A DNA stretch of 63,439 nucleotides, counting the filler, from Sphacelaria rigidula (Eukaryota): NCBI GenBank assembly GCA_964200075.2. It is 8 parts of 8 records of this genome, joined end to end, with 100 filler letters (N's around TTAATTAATTAA, not from the genome) between each part and the next. Parts side by side here need not be neighbours in the genome. Positions count along the whole stretch, not along the records: positions 1 to 7,843 come from CAXNAA020013271.1; positions 7,944 to 15,786 come from CAXNAA020013272.1; 6 more parts are not named here. The stretch is one strand, 5' to 3'. This document shows positions 1 to 11,800 of this stretch, piece after piece. Made by a program: the position numbers and the translations under genes. The notes beneath the pieces were generated by a model. That model ran no database searches, was not told the DNA's origin, and saw nothing but the letters and a program-made list of their open reading frames with translations. Within the stretch, counting starts at the first letter, position 1, and every line of letters starts with the position of its first letter.

Positions 1-32
1 CCCTCATCCACCCACCCACCCACCCACCCAAA

Positions 33-201
33 CCGATGTAGCCCACCCCTTATGCGACTCGCCGAGCACACATCGGCGCTTCGCGCTTGGTGATTGATTG
101 CGGGCGTGGTTCGGCGGGAATCCGGCGTGCTCCGTCCCGGCTTTGTAAGGATGCGAGGTCCATGGTCTCATGACTACGTCATGCAAGATCATGAGTAAAC
201 C
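33..201 (+). mobile_element. Family A retroposon copy (non-coding, LINE-like 3' end ...ATGAGTACAC before a C-tract)
   Basis: Reverse-complement match to 15960-16125. Other copies: 15960-16263(-), 21672-21747(-), 31772-31889(-), 32097-32182(-), 33875-33965(-), 39489-39531(-), 55598-55654(+), 57210-57279(+), 63347-63439(-). Confidence 0.8.
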
Positions 202-713
202 CCCGCAAACATACACACCCGAACGGGCGGTGACTCTCTCTTTGATGTAGATTTTGCTGTTGTGAAATGGCACGCGGATAACAGTCTACGCTTCCCTTTG
301 CCCCTGGGTGTATACCGTACCACTAGAAGTTGTGTTGGAAAACAGCGGTGAAAAAAATGTGGATGCTCAAAACCGACACGTGGTGTGGTGTCGAGTGCAT
401 TTTTTATGTTCACTTTGACGTACGTCACGCACCTATCGATGGCGTCGAAGGTGTCCCGCTGTATTACCCTGTGTTTTTTATTTTCTGCTGTACCTGACCT
501 GCCTCCCACCCTACCTTCCCTCTCTCTCCTCTTGCGTTGTGTGCTCGTAATTTTTTGCGGGGGAAAAAACCCCCCGGCTCTTGTTGCCCTGCCGTTCATG
601 CCGCGCACATGCTTGCGTTTGGGGTGGGTGGGAAATGACCTCGCAAAAACTGAAACAAAATCGAAAAAGAAATTGTGGAAGGAAATATCGGCAGCGTGGG
701 GCATTCTATCCAG

Positions 714-812
714 AGCCTGAACGGGGAGATCAGGAGCACCGCGGATGTGCGGAGGGGGGTGGTGTACTCGGCCGGCGGTCTGGTCTTGGTCATGTCCATC
801 GTGTATGTTTTG
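714..812 (+). CDS. Probable exon of Tweety-like membrane protein (SLNGEIRSTADVRRGVVYSAGGLVLVMSIVYVL)
   Basis: CAG acceptor, GTAGGG donor, 99 nt open, hydrophobic helix after an R-rich stretch. A linking exon to 3546 (phase 0 to phase 2) was not found. Confidence 0.5.
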
Positions 813-947
813 GTAGGGTACTACGCATTGGGGAAGGACGATGGAAACGGGAAGGCGGGCGGGGCACGCATGAGAGGGTGAGAGGGACACGTGGGATGGG
901 GGGGTGTACTCACCGTGGAATGGGAGACGGGGAAGGGGAGGGGTGGG

Positions 948-1135
948 CGTACTCATTCGTTGCTTGCTTAGTCGTTTCACCATATACCACACATCCCTGT
1001 AGAGACGGAGAACCGTTCCTGCTCCTAATAGAGACACCTTCAATATGTAGGTGTTCATTGGTTCCCTTCCATACATTACACAGGACCACTTGCATGTCTT
1101 GCTCCCGTCCGTTTTCGACGTCTGTGGCCATTATC
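948..1135 (-). mobile_element. Family B LINE ORF2 3' end, 5'-truncated (...CNVWK..GVSIRSRNGSPS..GCVVxG..TK)
   Basis: Same peptide and nucleotide end as 20630-20915(+), 47390-47535(+), 7789-7843(-), 16489-16532(-), 21826-21880(+), 23649-23704(-), 34005-34042(-) and 39544-39613(-). The reading frame stops about 6 nt before the C-tract. Confidence 0.75.
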
Positions 1136-1444
1136 TATCTCCCAGCATATCCATCATTTACCCCCTACTGTCTAATGACCCGTGTTATCGAGCCCAAAAA
1201 TGTGGGAACGCGACGCGAGAGTGATTGCGATTGTGGCGGTAGAGAATTTTGTTTTGGTGATTCCGATTGGTTGTGAGTTGATACCAGATTCTCATCTCCC
1301 CCGAAATCACCATCACAAAACTTAATCTTTTAAGAATTAATTTTCGTGAGAGCGGATGACTGTTCGCGTGAGAATGCGAAGAGGAACGTCACATGGTTGC
1401 AAGGTGGGGGCTGTCCGGATCTTCATGGGGCGGACAATTGACTC

Positions 1445-2360
1445 CCCATCACCAGCAGTAGCCACGCGTGGGACACACACCCATACGTGCACAGCCCCCT
1501 CAGAGAGATGCGCTCAGCTATATTTCCCAACACTTCGCCAAGTGAGCAAGCATGGACCCATCGGCGGGTAGTGTGGACCAGCGATTCCCAGCACGGTGGC
1601 CTTCACTCGAAACGCGGACCGCTCACGAGGAAGAGCAGCAGCAGCAGCAGCAGCAGTATCGGCACCGGCCGGCTGATTCAGACCCACCCCCAGTGGTACA
1701 CATCTGCTGTTAGTAAAGATGCTGCTGCTGCTGCTGCTTCTCGTGCGGGAGGCGGTCCGCGTGTCGACCTGCGACAAAGCCCATGCACCTGGCGCGTTAT
1801 TGCCTTCCTACTTGAAACCGATTATAACATGTTCGCGTGCTGTTACCCCCACTGCATTTTCAGTGCGTATCACTTGTGTCCCCCTGCATTGGATGCTGGC
1901 TTTATTCCCATCACCAGCAGTAGCCACGCGTGCGAGACGTACCCGACGTGCACAGCTCGCACAGAGAGATGCACACAGCTATACCTCCCAGCACTTAGCC
2001 AAGTGAGGAAGCATGGACCCATCGGCGGGAAGTATGGACCAGCGCTGTCCCGCACGGTGGCTATCACGCGCAAGGTGCGTGGGTGCTGTCGGACGATCGA
2101 AACGCGAACCGTCTTTCCCACGAGAAAGAACAGTAGCAGCAGCAGTAGCAGTATCGGCACCGGCTGATTCAGATCCATCCCCAGCCGTACGCATCTACTG
2201 GCAGTAAAGATGCTGATGCTGCTGCTGCTGCTGCTATTGCTTCTTTTCTTTCTCGTGCGGGAGGCGGTCCGCGTTTCGACCTGCGAAAATGCCCACGCGC
2301 CCTTGCGCGTAATTACCGCCCTGGTTGCTGGTCTGTTCGCGTGCTGTTACCGTCACTGCA
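1445..2360. repeat. Two tandem copies (~1445-1860 and ~1907-2360) of a hairpin-forming element with (CAG)n/(CTG)n inverted arms
   Basis: Both start CCCATCACCAGCAGTAGCCACGCGTG. In copy 2, ~2052-2155 is an imperfect inverted repeat of ~2209-2320. Confidence 0.75.
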
Positions 2361-2969
2361 TCACTTGTTTCCCACCCTCGATTAGCACGGCGGGTAATTT
2401 CTCGTGATATTGAAGTTGTGAACTGCTACTTCACCCCATCACGAAATGATTCTCACTTTCGTTGCTTTGTTAACACACCGCCTAACGCAACAAACGATAT
2501 CATGCCGCCTGCGTTTTCTTTCCGCATTTTCCCCCCTAGCACGTCCCGTTCCTTCTTGTATAGTTCACATTCTGCCACTATTTGAATTCTACTCTCAACT
2601 GCAATGCCACAGGGTAGGTATTGCATAGAGTGAGTGGTTTTTCCGCTGATTGTTAGACTTAGATCAAGGGCGAATTTATTTTTCGCGTGTGAATGCTAGA
2701 ATTAAGCGCATATGTCGCACCGCGGATTGTGGAACCCCCTCCAACATGCTTGACGATCCAATTCATTTAATCAAACGATATGTCGGCCATATGCTTAGGC
2801 TTGTAGATAAGATGATCCTACTGGACATGGAAGGACAGCTCACTACCTGAGTGATCAGTGGTGGCGGAGTTTTGTTTTGTATTTATACCGCCGAGGTGTG
2901 AAGTCCTGCAATAGTTGTCACTCTTAGTGTGTCGGGCAGCGTCGAACGCATCTTTTTTTGTCGCACTTA

Positions 2970-3283
2970 GAACCCCTCCCTCTTCTCTCTCTGCACGAGT
3001 CCGAGGCCTCAAGGAATCAACGTATCTCTCCCCGGTACACGCCTTGCATGTTGTTCACGCGGATCGGACCAGCACTACTCCTGCACCGCGTCAACTCTCG
3101 TCGAACAAACTCAGTCAAATACTTTGCAAGTGCTTTGTTGTTGACTCACGTATTCACGCTTTCGACGATGGAAATCAGATACTTGGGGGGAAAAAACGCC
3201 AACCCATCGGAAATCAAAGCCACGTTTTCTCCACCCTAACGGTGACAGTCGAACCATTTTTAATTTACGCCACCGGGACGACG
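2970..3283 (-). mobile_element. tRNA-like SINE family 2 copy; others at 35487-35808(-), 36218-36532(-) and 22934-22995 (partial)
   Basis: Shared ~300-bp sequence (GACGAGTCC..TCAAGGAATCAA..CCGGTACACGCCTTGC..CGTCAACTC). The minus-strand head of the 36.5-kb copy has an A-box-like TGGTGTGATGG and a B-box GTTCGATCC. Confidence 0.6.
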
Positions 3284-3545
3284 CGAGGGTGTTTATGCTT
3301 GCAAACGAAACGGCCCTGTATCCCGCGTTTTGTCGTGTACTGCTTTTGCTTGTGAGCATTGGCGTTTAACAGTTCCATGTTTTCTCCTAACCTGCGACAC
3401 ATCGCAGCAAATAATTACTCTTGGAGTATTTTTTGCTTAATTTTTTGTTACGAGTAACGCATATTTTCGAGGTTTTCCCGTGTGTTGTTATTTCCGTCTC
3501 GTGCGTTCTGTCTCGTCGCGTTTTTTTTCTCATTTTTTTCTTCAG

Positions 3546-3681
3546 GCCTGTGGTGATCGGGTGTGTTTTTTTGCCGATAACATTGATGGTGATACTGATG
3601 TGCTGGTGCCTCTTCGGCCTCGCGACCTCCGTCTCCCTTCTCACCTCGGACTTCTGTATGGATCCCACGGAGCACACAACG
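3546..3681 (+). CDS. Exon of Tweety-like membrane protein (PVVIGCVFLPITLMVILMCWCLFGLATSVSLLTSDFCMDPTEHTT)
   Basis: Polypyrimidine tract plus CAG acceptor and GTAAGT donor. A transmembrane helix is followed by SDFCxDP, the motif after TM4 in Tweety/TTYH proteins. Confidence 0.72.
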
Positions 3682-4509
3682 GTAAGTCTCACAGTTATTC
3701 CAGTAGTTTGCTTCCTTATTTGTTTTAACCCGGGATGGGAGGGGGTTCGTTAATTAGTTCGATAACAGTGCGGTATAGCGTACAAATTGATTGATTGGTT
3801 GTCGCATTTTACCTGATTCCTGACGGATCCAGTCGTGATCATTATTCACAAGATACACTTACCCAAGGTAAACGAAACGGACACGCTCGTGAAGGGGAAA
3901 AAAAGTGGGGGGGAGGGGGACAAAGAAGAGAGATGAAACAAAGCAGAGGCGTAAACTGAGAAACAAAAACAGCAGAACAGAATAGAACAGGACATGGAGA
4001 ATTGCAAACAATATATATCGTGTATCCTTCTTTTTTTTATTTCCGGCAACAGCAGAGGTATCTAGCTAGCTAGCTAGCTCACTTGCCGTAAAGTTCAAGG
4101 TCCTCCGCTGCGTTCAATATTTTTCGTGTATTGCGTTGTAATTTGCATGAATGTATTTATATATATATATATTATTGATTGATTGTCGCACTTCAATTGA
4201 CCCCCGAGGGATCCAGGCGTGGTCTCGTGATGAATCAATTAAAAATATGTATATACATACATGCATGCAAATTACGACGCAATGCACGAAAGATATTTAA
4301 CGCAACGGAGGTATATATATATGGAATTCAGTAAGGTCCCGGCGTTGTTGAAATAGCGAAGCGTTTCGTAAAGAAGGTGAAGGAAACGTGCGTCCTGTTC
4401 TTGACACCAACTGTGGCGCTCACTGCTGTGCTTTTTGTCATCAACGCACCCACTGCAGTGCTCGAAGCTCCTACGTGGGAGTGTCTGGCCACCGTTTTGT
4501 TCCTTACGT

Positions 4510-4870
4510 GCCCGCCCCATTGGCTCAGTTGATAACCTCGAAACCTTCTGACGGTTGGGAAGTGCGTTCGAGTCTCGGTGAAATCGTACGATCTGGGTTT
4601 TCTCTTTTGACATTATGCCCGACAGAGCAGAGCGACTTTGTCGTGGGTACACAAAGTTCGACTTCACGGTCGACGAAGGAAAGGGACTATTGAACCCTTT
4701 TCCCGGTAAAAAAGGAAAGCAAACACCGCAGAAGGAGGGCGAAGTGCTAAAACAGAGACAAAAACTCCTGTGTCAACCTTCCTCCTGTGTGACCACCGCT
4801 GATGCGCCCGAATACACCGATTGGTGTAGGCTGGCGTCCAGAATAGATGAGATGACAACACGCACGTATA
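4510..4870 (+). mobile_element. tRNA-derived SINE family 1 copy; others at 44156-44770(+), 44268-44610(-), 47027-47384(+), 52254-52609(-) and 52740-53067(-)
   Basis: Head GCCCCGGTGGCTCAG(T/A)TGGTAACCTCGAAACCTTCTGACGGTTGG..GGTTC(G/A)A(A/G)TC carries Pol III A and B boxes. The ~350-bp body is conserved and ends in a (CA)n-type tail. Confidence 0.8.
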
Positions 4871-5744
4871 CACACGTCACACGTCACACGTCACACGGCA
4901 AGGTCATCTCATGGCCTAGGCGTCTTGAACCGCACTCGAAAATATATTCTTGGGGTAGAAGGAAGACATTTTCTCACGATGCCGCCCATCAATCCGAAGT
5001 TCAAACGTCCACATTCAATGATTTATTGCTAAACCCTAACCCACGAGCCCGGCGGGGGCAACGTGCGTGGTAGACACGATGCTTCAGGCAAGAGCTTCTC
5101 TGAACGGTGATCGGTTCACCACTCTGCTGCGGCCTACATGAGCAACGCACGGAATCTGTTCTATCCCGAGATGGAATCGGTGGGGTATGACCGAGTGCGA
5201 CAGTATTTTTACTCGGGAGAACACGATAACCACGCAGAACAAACGGTATGTATCAAGCCTCGACTCGCCACTCGGCACAAACCGCTGGCGCTCTTTGCCT
5301 CAAGTACAGACGGAAGCAAACATACTTGAAAAATGTTTTCTTGATGGGATATCAATTGACAGCTTCGATCAATCAACACTGCGTTCTCAGACCGAACAAG
5401 TTTTAGTGCGAGGCGATCAAATGTTGGCTGTGAAGCCTACACGCCCCTGAAACAGTGAATTTCCACTCGTACGCCATGGCTGGGATCGAGTGTAAAAGAT
5501 CGGTTCACCTCCGACAGATAAAAGGAGCGTCGAACCACCCAAAGGTGACCTGCCCTGTCCGCCTGTGCAAAAGGCACGCCGCATAAATGTTTTTGAACTG
5601 TTCTGAGATGGTCAAGTGCGATTTCACCTTCAGATTTTTTTAATACTCACCGTCGAAGAGACTTAGATTGAGCCGGGCTACCAGTCGGTGACACTTCAGT
5701 GCAGTATACGGTGCCCACTTAGCCGACATGTCCCTCTTGCCCAT

Positions 5745-6074
5745 TTTTGGCCACATGGCGTAGTCCAGTAGCCCGGACGGTCGTATATGACATCGGAACT
5801 CAGAGGTGTAGCGGTGGTCCTTTTTCCTTCCTCTTTTTCTTTCTTTTCTAGTATTTTTTTTTTATTTGCTTTTCCAGTTCCTCTTGTATCGTGGTTGTGT
5901 GCATTGTTTTTGGGCCCGCTTATTTTGTGTGTTTTTATTTTACCCCAGCTTGGGGTAGTTAGCCTGCGACCACGGAAGGCGTCCGCATCAGATGCCTAGT
6001 CCAGAGTACTGCGCAGATATCGGAACGATTCTAATGTGAAGACGACAACAGCAACAACAAGAACAACAACAACA
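5745..6074 (+). mobile_element. Non-LTR retroelement 3' end with (CAA)n tail; others at ~18430-18612 and ~37800-38060
   Basis: Three copies share CGGAAGGYGTCCGCATCAGATGCCYAGT..CTGCGCAGATATCGGAACG..TAATGTGAAGAC followed directly by a CAA microsatellite. The 5' extent varies. Confidence 0.7.
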
Positions 6075-6341
6075 ATGCCGTAGCCTTACGCACACCGTTC
6101 CCATTTAGCTCGGATACCATAAAGATGGTGATGTTTCTCTCGTTGCCTGAGTACAGCTGACGTGAGGTGAGATGGCAGAGCCTCGACCAGATTCGTTTCT
6201 ACGCGAAATGGCGAAAGCTCCCCGGTTGATGTGGCAGGCAGTATGCAACGTGACACTGTGGCGCACGTGGGGGAGCATCGTACCTCGGTGATCCCAGTTT
6301 TTCAACCCTGCGCTTCCGACAACGTGTTTTGATGGAAGAGC

Positions 6342-6576
6342 CCACACCCTGGCTAGATAAGGACAATATATGGTCAACAGATACAATAGGCAAAACATGC
6401 ACAGGGGTAAAGTATAGGCCTATTATTGTATCTATTGTCGACCGGCAATAATTGTAATAAGCCTATACTTCACCCTGTACATTTTTCGGCAATAGTTGCG
6501 ATAGGCCTATACTTTACCCTGTACATTTTTTGCCTGTTGCATCTATTGACCATAAATTGTCATTATCCAGCGTGTG
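6342..6576. mobile_element. MITE with ~80-bp imperfect TIRs (CCACACCCTGG.../...CCAGCGTGTGG); a related single end lies at 53075-53180
   Basis: 6342-6423 is the inverted complement of ~6503-6576. The terminus TATTGTCCAGGGTGTG at 53163-53178 is also matched at 24559-24572 and 25267-25282. Confidence 0.65.
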
Positions 6577-7303
6577 GAATATACCAAGGTTGTGTTCTGT
6601 CGGGTATAACACTCGTAGGTGTGAGATTTTTAATTCACATACGCAACCATACCGAAACGTGTATAGAACATTCCAGGACGGCCCGGCAGGGTATTTACCA
6701 ATGAAATATCTCTTATGCACATGTGTCAATACCCCAATTCCAGCCGTCATGACCTACCACGGTTGGGACGAATCATCACGAGTTCGAATCACCAAATCCA
6801 CGATTTCTTCGGCCGGATTACCCAAAAGGGAGAAAAGAAAATGACCGCTGGTCCAAGTGGTATCCACGCAACTTTTGCGCCATTCCACGTGTCCGGGCTG
6901 CGTGTACCTGGGTCGCAACGCTGAAAACAAAGCCTATGGATTGATTCGTACGATTCGAATCAATTGTACTAAAACCAAATAATTTACAGACGAATCATTG
7001 ATGTGTCCGACCCTTGTACCCTACAGAACACTACGCTGTTCACATTGCTTCTTTGACTGTTTTCTGCTCTCTAGTATATAGTGTGGGTGTGTGTATGTCG
7101 GCGTGTGTGCAGTATACCCTCCAGTTGCACACGAAGTCTGCGTATTCGAAAATGAATTATTGTTGCCACTAATGGTTTCTACTCTAGTTCGTTCGTTAGT
7201 CAGTTCGTTTGAACAAGTCTAGTTTTCGTGTTCAGTTGTCTTTCTTGGTCTCTTTCGTGTTCTTTTTTTTTTTTCTTATTTTGTTCTGTCCCTCGCCGCA
7301 CAG

Positions 7304-7474
7304 AGTGTCTTCAGAGACGAGGGCGACAAGGCAGTCGTGTCGTTTTACACTTCCTGCTCAGGCTCCAACGTGTTCTCGAGTGCGTTGTCTACGGCGTTTC
7401 TCCAGGCCACGGCAGCCAGGGAACTCCTTGCTGCGATTGAGGATGGAGCTTTTGCGACGGCCTGTGCGAACGAG
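7304..7474 (+). CDS. Exon of Tweety-like membrane protein (SVFRDEGDKAVVSFYTSCSGSNVFSSALSTAFLQATAARELLAAIEDGAFATACANE)
   Basis: T-rich tract plus CAG acceptor and GTATGT donor. Phase 0/0 is compatible with the previous exon. FYxxC..N.F resembles the Tweety YYxxC...NPF motif. Confidence 0.7.
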
Positions 7475-7843
7475 GTATGTGTAATAGAGGAACGAAGCCA
7501 GGACAAACGTGTGAACTAGAGAGATCGAGGGTAGTCATCGAAAGACACAAGCAAACAGATACAGGTGCAGAGGGTCATGCGATGGAGACGCAGACACGTG
7601 GTCCGACGGGCAGTGGACGCGCATGAAAGGTAGATGGATACGCAGACACGGCAGTCTGGGTGCATGGAAAGGATGGTGGATATGAGAGACGTGGAAAACA
7701 GGAGAGGCGTCGCAGATGGGGAGAAACGAGCCAGACAGGCGGGCCGCGCACGTGTAGAGAGTTGAACAAAGAAAGAGGGGAGGGGGGGCGTACTCACTTG
7801 CTGCTTGCCTTAGTCTTGTGACCATTGACCATGCATCCCTTTC

Positions 7844-7943
7844 NNNNNNNNNNNNNNNNNNNNNNNNNNNNNNNNNNNNNNNNNNNNTTAATTAATTAAN
7901 NNNNNNNNNNNNNNNNNNNNNNNNNNNNNNNNNNNNNNNNNNN
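7844..7943. other. Artificial contig linker (N44-TTAATTAATTAA-N44); identical linkers at 15787-15886, 23730-23829, 31672-31771, 39614-39713, 47556-47655 and 55498-55597
   Basis: Seven identical 100-bp gaps contain a six-frame stop 12-mer. Segment lengths are 7843, 7843, 7843, 7842, 7842, 7842, 7842 and 7842 bp, as expected for length-sorted unplaced contigs. Confidence 0.97.
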
Positions 7944-7984
7944 CTTGTCCCCTGGTCATCATCCAGGATCCTACGCATGCTACA
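7944..7984. mobile_element. LTR fragment related to the LTRs of the Gypsy element at 59120-63131
   Basis: CTTGTCCCCTGGTCATCATCCAGGATCC matches 59304-59331 with one mismatch. It truncates the ORF at 7888-8820 at the contig edge. Confidence 0.65.
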
Positions 7985-8820
7985 TCTACTACGCCTTGGT
8001 GTATTTTGGCTACAGTACGTAATGATGCGCGCGCGTCCTTGGGGGCATGCTTACGGGGCTTTATCTTTCGCCGTGACAAAGGTCGGGGAACTTCCAAAAC
8101 ATTTTGGGATGAAACCACACCTGCGTCCAGTTGCGTGGATGGGGTCAGCGTCGGGGCATGCCGGAGCGAAACTCGTGGACTACTTTCCGTAGGCAAGCTT
8201 GGATGTTGGGGCATAGCCGAAGATATTATGGGGGGGTTATTAGTAAAACCGGCCGAAGGTAGGTCCATGCGTCTTGAAAATTGCGGGGAAGGAGCCCGAT
8301 CGAACTGATTGAGAACTACATTGTCCGATGTGGTCAAGTTCAAATCAGCAACACTTGGGTCAGCTGAAAAAGGCTTGCTTCTACCTGTGCGTGCGGTCGC
8401 TGAGCGAAGCCGTTGCCTCAGGGACTGGCGTTTGATCTTCCCACACCTCAGACATATACTCGGTACTGAAGGACCAAGTTCAAAGTCGGGTGTAGGTATG
8501 AGTCGCGGGGTGACACAACTGTTACGCGGTGTGTGGAGGGACGAAGACGGGGGTCTATATGAACGGCCGTCAGTTGCACTCCTGCATAGTGCCGGGAGAG
8601 CCGGGCGGACAATCTTAGTCGCGGGCTCTGCGGGCTGTGTTGAAAATTGTGTGGAGGTTCGAGACGGGGGTCGATATAAACGGCCGTCACGCTCCTGGAT
8701 AGTGCCGGGAGAGTCGAGTGAGCAAAATTTGACACGGACTCCGCCGGCTGTGTTGAAAAAGTCTTCGCTCGTGCTATCGACGGCGTGGAAGACCGAAGAG
8801 CGCCGGCGTCGGCACGTCAT
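7985..8820 (-). pseudogene. Overlapping downstream ORF (probable start of pol), P/S/T-rich and truncated
   Basis: Open for ~280 codons and overlaps the Gag-like stop in another frame. Contains an internal ~120-bp duplication (DGRLYRPPS/DGRSYRPPS). No catalytic motif is reached before truncation. Confidence 0.4.
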
Positions 8821-11800
8821 GGTGTCTATCAGCGGAACGTTTGTTGTCGCAAGAATTTCGGTCGTTCAGGCGAGGGCTTCCGTGATTGTTGTTGTGTCGA
8901 CGACCGCGATAAGAGCTTTTGTTGCCACGTTGGTTCGAATTGTTGCGGGAATTTCGATTTGGTGGACGATAGTCGCGCATGCGTTTTTGCCATCGGCGCC
9001 ACGCGGGTTCATTGTCCTGCAATTCAGGGTTCATGAGATCAAAGGCATTGATGCATGGACTGTCACAGTCGCGTATGCTGTGGCCTTGAACACTACAGTT
9101 GATGCAACTGTTGGCATGACTGCTGAGGGCATTCCGTCTCTCGGAAGACGAAAGAAGTGGGTTCCACAAATGGGGGTCACCGGTTATGAATGCCGTTGTT
9201 GAAGTCAAATAAACATCATCCCAAGTTTCCTCGGAAAACGGCCAACCGTCGAAACTCGCGCTAAATGCATCTCTGATGCTCTGAACATGCATTACTGAAC
9301 CGGCGACTGAATCGGGGGTCCATGAAGCGCGAGACGAGCTCGAACTCCTGCCGCGAGCCCCTTGGGCATGGGCGGAGGACACAACCGTAGGTTGTGAACG
9401 CACAGACGTAGAACGTTTGCCACGTATGGCAGGCGTTAGATTACCCTCTTGGTGTACAAAAGCAGACCGCATAGTATCAATAGAGGCGTAAGGCACCTCG
9501 CGATGCGCCAAGACACCCGGAAACAACGATGGCATCAGAGCCGGATACTGTTCAGCAACGCTATTGCGAACGTAAGTCTGACACATTGCATCGCTCGGTC
9601 CGTTCTGACGTCCGATTCCCGTCGTACTCGAAACTAAAAGCTTAAATTCGCCGAGATAGTCCGCGAAAGGGACATCAGAGGCGACAACAAAGGAACTCAG
9701 CCTCTGGATGGTACTAGCCTGGTCGCTTTTATCGAAGTAACCGATCAGACGCCTCTTCAAATCAGAGAGTAATGCCGGGCCTGTCTTCCCCTTGGCACGA
9801 CCCGGGTCCATCTAGGCGAGGAAGCCGTCGAGAATCTGCGTTAAAGAAGCAGCGAGGTCGGGAGAGCGGCGGCTGATGGATCGATGCATTGTTTTGTGCA
9901 AGGGAGTCTGCTAGCCCTCTACCCAGTCGGAGTCTTCCAAACGTTGTGTGCCAGCCACATCCGCCAATTGAAGGATGTTACAAACAGTGCGGCGGATGGA
10001 CGTGGTGAGGGCAGAAGTAAACTGGCCCGAATCTTCGTTATCCGCGGCAGGCATGGTTTTGATGTGCCAGAGTTTTTTTCACATACATCTGAATATACTG
10101 TCTCTGTATTGCAGCTACTCGGGTAGACTCAGCCCTATCGGAAGCTTTTTTTTTGCTAGCTTCAAAACGTTCTCTGTCAGCCGCAGCGCTTGCTAAAGCG
10201 CGGGCTGCAGTAGAAGACAAAGGACGGTCAGGTGCATCCGTATCGGACAAACCTAAAATGCGGGTCGAAACATCAGCCAACTTAAGAACCACTTGCCTGG
10301 GGGTCTCCGAGTCCGAGGCGGGAAGATCTGCGTCCGACTTGTTCCAGCCGGGTCCGAAGAGGTTCCCCCACCGCCATGTCGGCGGTGTGAATTCCCTCCA
10401 TCGTTGTCGTCGTCGCCGCGCCTGTGATGATTCTTCTGACCCCGGCAATTGGATGTTGCGGGAGTCCACCCATCTTCATCTTCGTCTCCGTTGATGTTGG
10501 CGCCGGGCTAAGTGTTGTAGGCGGTGCGAAGCGCCGCAAAAAGTTGGAGGACCGCGTCAACGTAAGCGTGGTGGTTCCGGTGATTGCCAATTGTAGTCTG
10601 CAGAAGCAGTTGGCCCAAGGTGAGCACCGAGACGCCCGCCTCGGGGAGGAAGCCGTTCTGGTCGACGTAAAGCCCAACAGTATGAAACATACGTTGGGAG
10701 ATCAAGGCTCATGCGTTTTGTGAACAGTGGCGGTGGTTTCGGCGGTCATACGGACCGGTATAAGTGGTCACGGAACGAGGAAGCAACTCTCGTTCGTGGG
10801 GTACGAGTCGCCAGTCTGGCGCAGAAACGGCGCTCGGCACCGAGCTAACATCCTGGGGTAGCGGTGTCGGAGGCGTCGTGGCGGCGGCAGCGGCCGCCGC
10901 AGACGACGTTCTGTTGGACTTACGGGAAATAACGTAAGTCGCGCGGTTGGTCGCCGGTAGGTGGTTTTTGAGCAAGTTGTTGGTGGAAGGCGGAGAGGCT
11001 TGGTGATCAGGCAGGCGCGCCGCCGACGAGTCCGCTGCTTATTGGGCTGTCCGCTGAAGATGATCTTCTAGCTGGCGGACCCGTCTTTGAGTCGCCATAG
11101 CTGTAGTACGGCCTTGCTCTAGCGCTCGTTGGGCTGCCGTACTCGTGGATTGAGCATGGGAGGCCTGCCGCTGGAGGTCCTTGAGCGTATCAGCGTGCTC
11201 CTCCAGAAGGAGGCGCGCAGCGGCGGCGTCGGCGTCACGTTGTTGTCCAAGTATGTCTTGCGCCAACGCAGGCGCCTGAGATGCATAGTCATCGATGAAT
11301 TGCTGCTGTTCCGCACGGGGTTTGTTGGTGAACAGACGTAAGAGCAGGCCGGTGGGGCAGTGCTCGTCGCCGAACGGAGGGAGAACCTCCACGGATGGGG
11401 GCGGGTGCACAGGGGCAGTGGTGGAACCACTGTCGGCGTCTGTGTCGACGGCCGACGGAGTGGCGGCGGTTGTATTAGCCATTGCAGGGGCGGCTGTAGG
11501 CGCAGCGGTTACAGTAGCGGTAGCAGTAGCTGCGGGAGCGCGAGTGGGCTTGCTGGCTGTAGCGGCGGCAGCAGCGGATGATGAAGGGTCCATGGTAGAT
11601 AGTTGTCGCTCGAGTTCTGTCAAGCGTTGTTGAAGAGAATGAATAAGCGCAGCATCGGAATGGGACGGTGGTTCACGGTTAGTGTGTGGCCCTCGGTTTT
11701 GCGATGAGGTGCGGCCGGATCTCTCAATTGAGGATTCTGGAGCCGGTGACATGTCCGAAAATATGTTTTGGATATCTTCAGCATGTACAGTGTCATCATT

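Noticed and set aside
189..1276. Long ORFs 189-1076(-) and 581-1276(+), and most other short ORFs in the track
   Set aside because: They run through repeats and introns or are antisense shadows, with no recognisable domains.
4510..4585. tRNA genes at the SINE heads (also 44160, 47030, 52540, 53000)
   Set aside because: A/B boxes are present but there is no complete cloverleaf or acceptor stem, and each continues into a shared SINE body.
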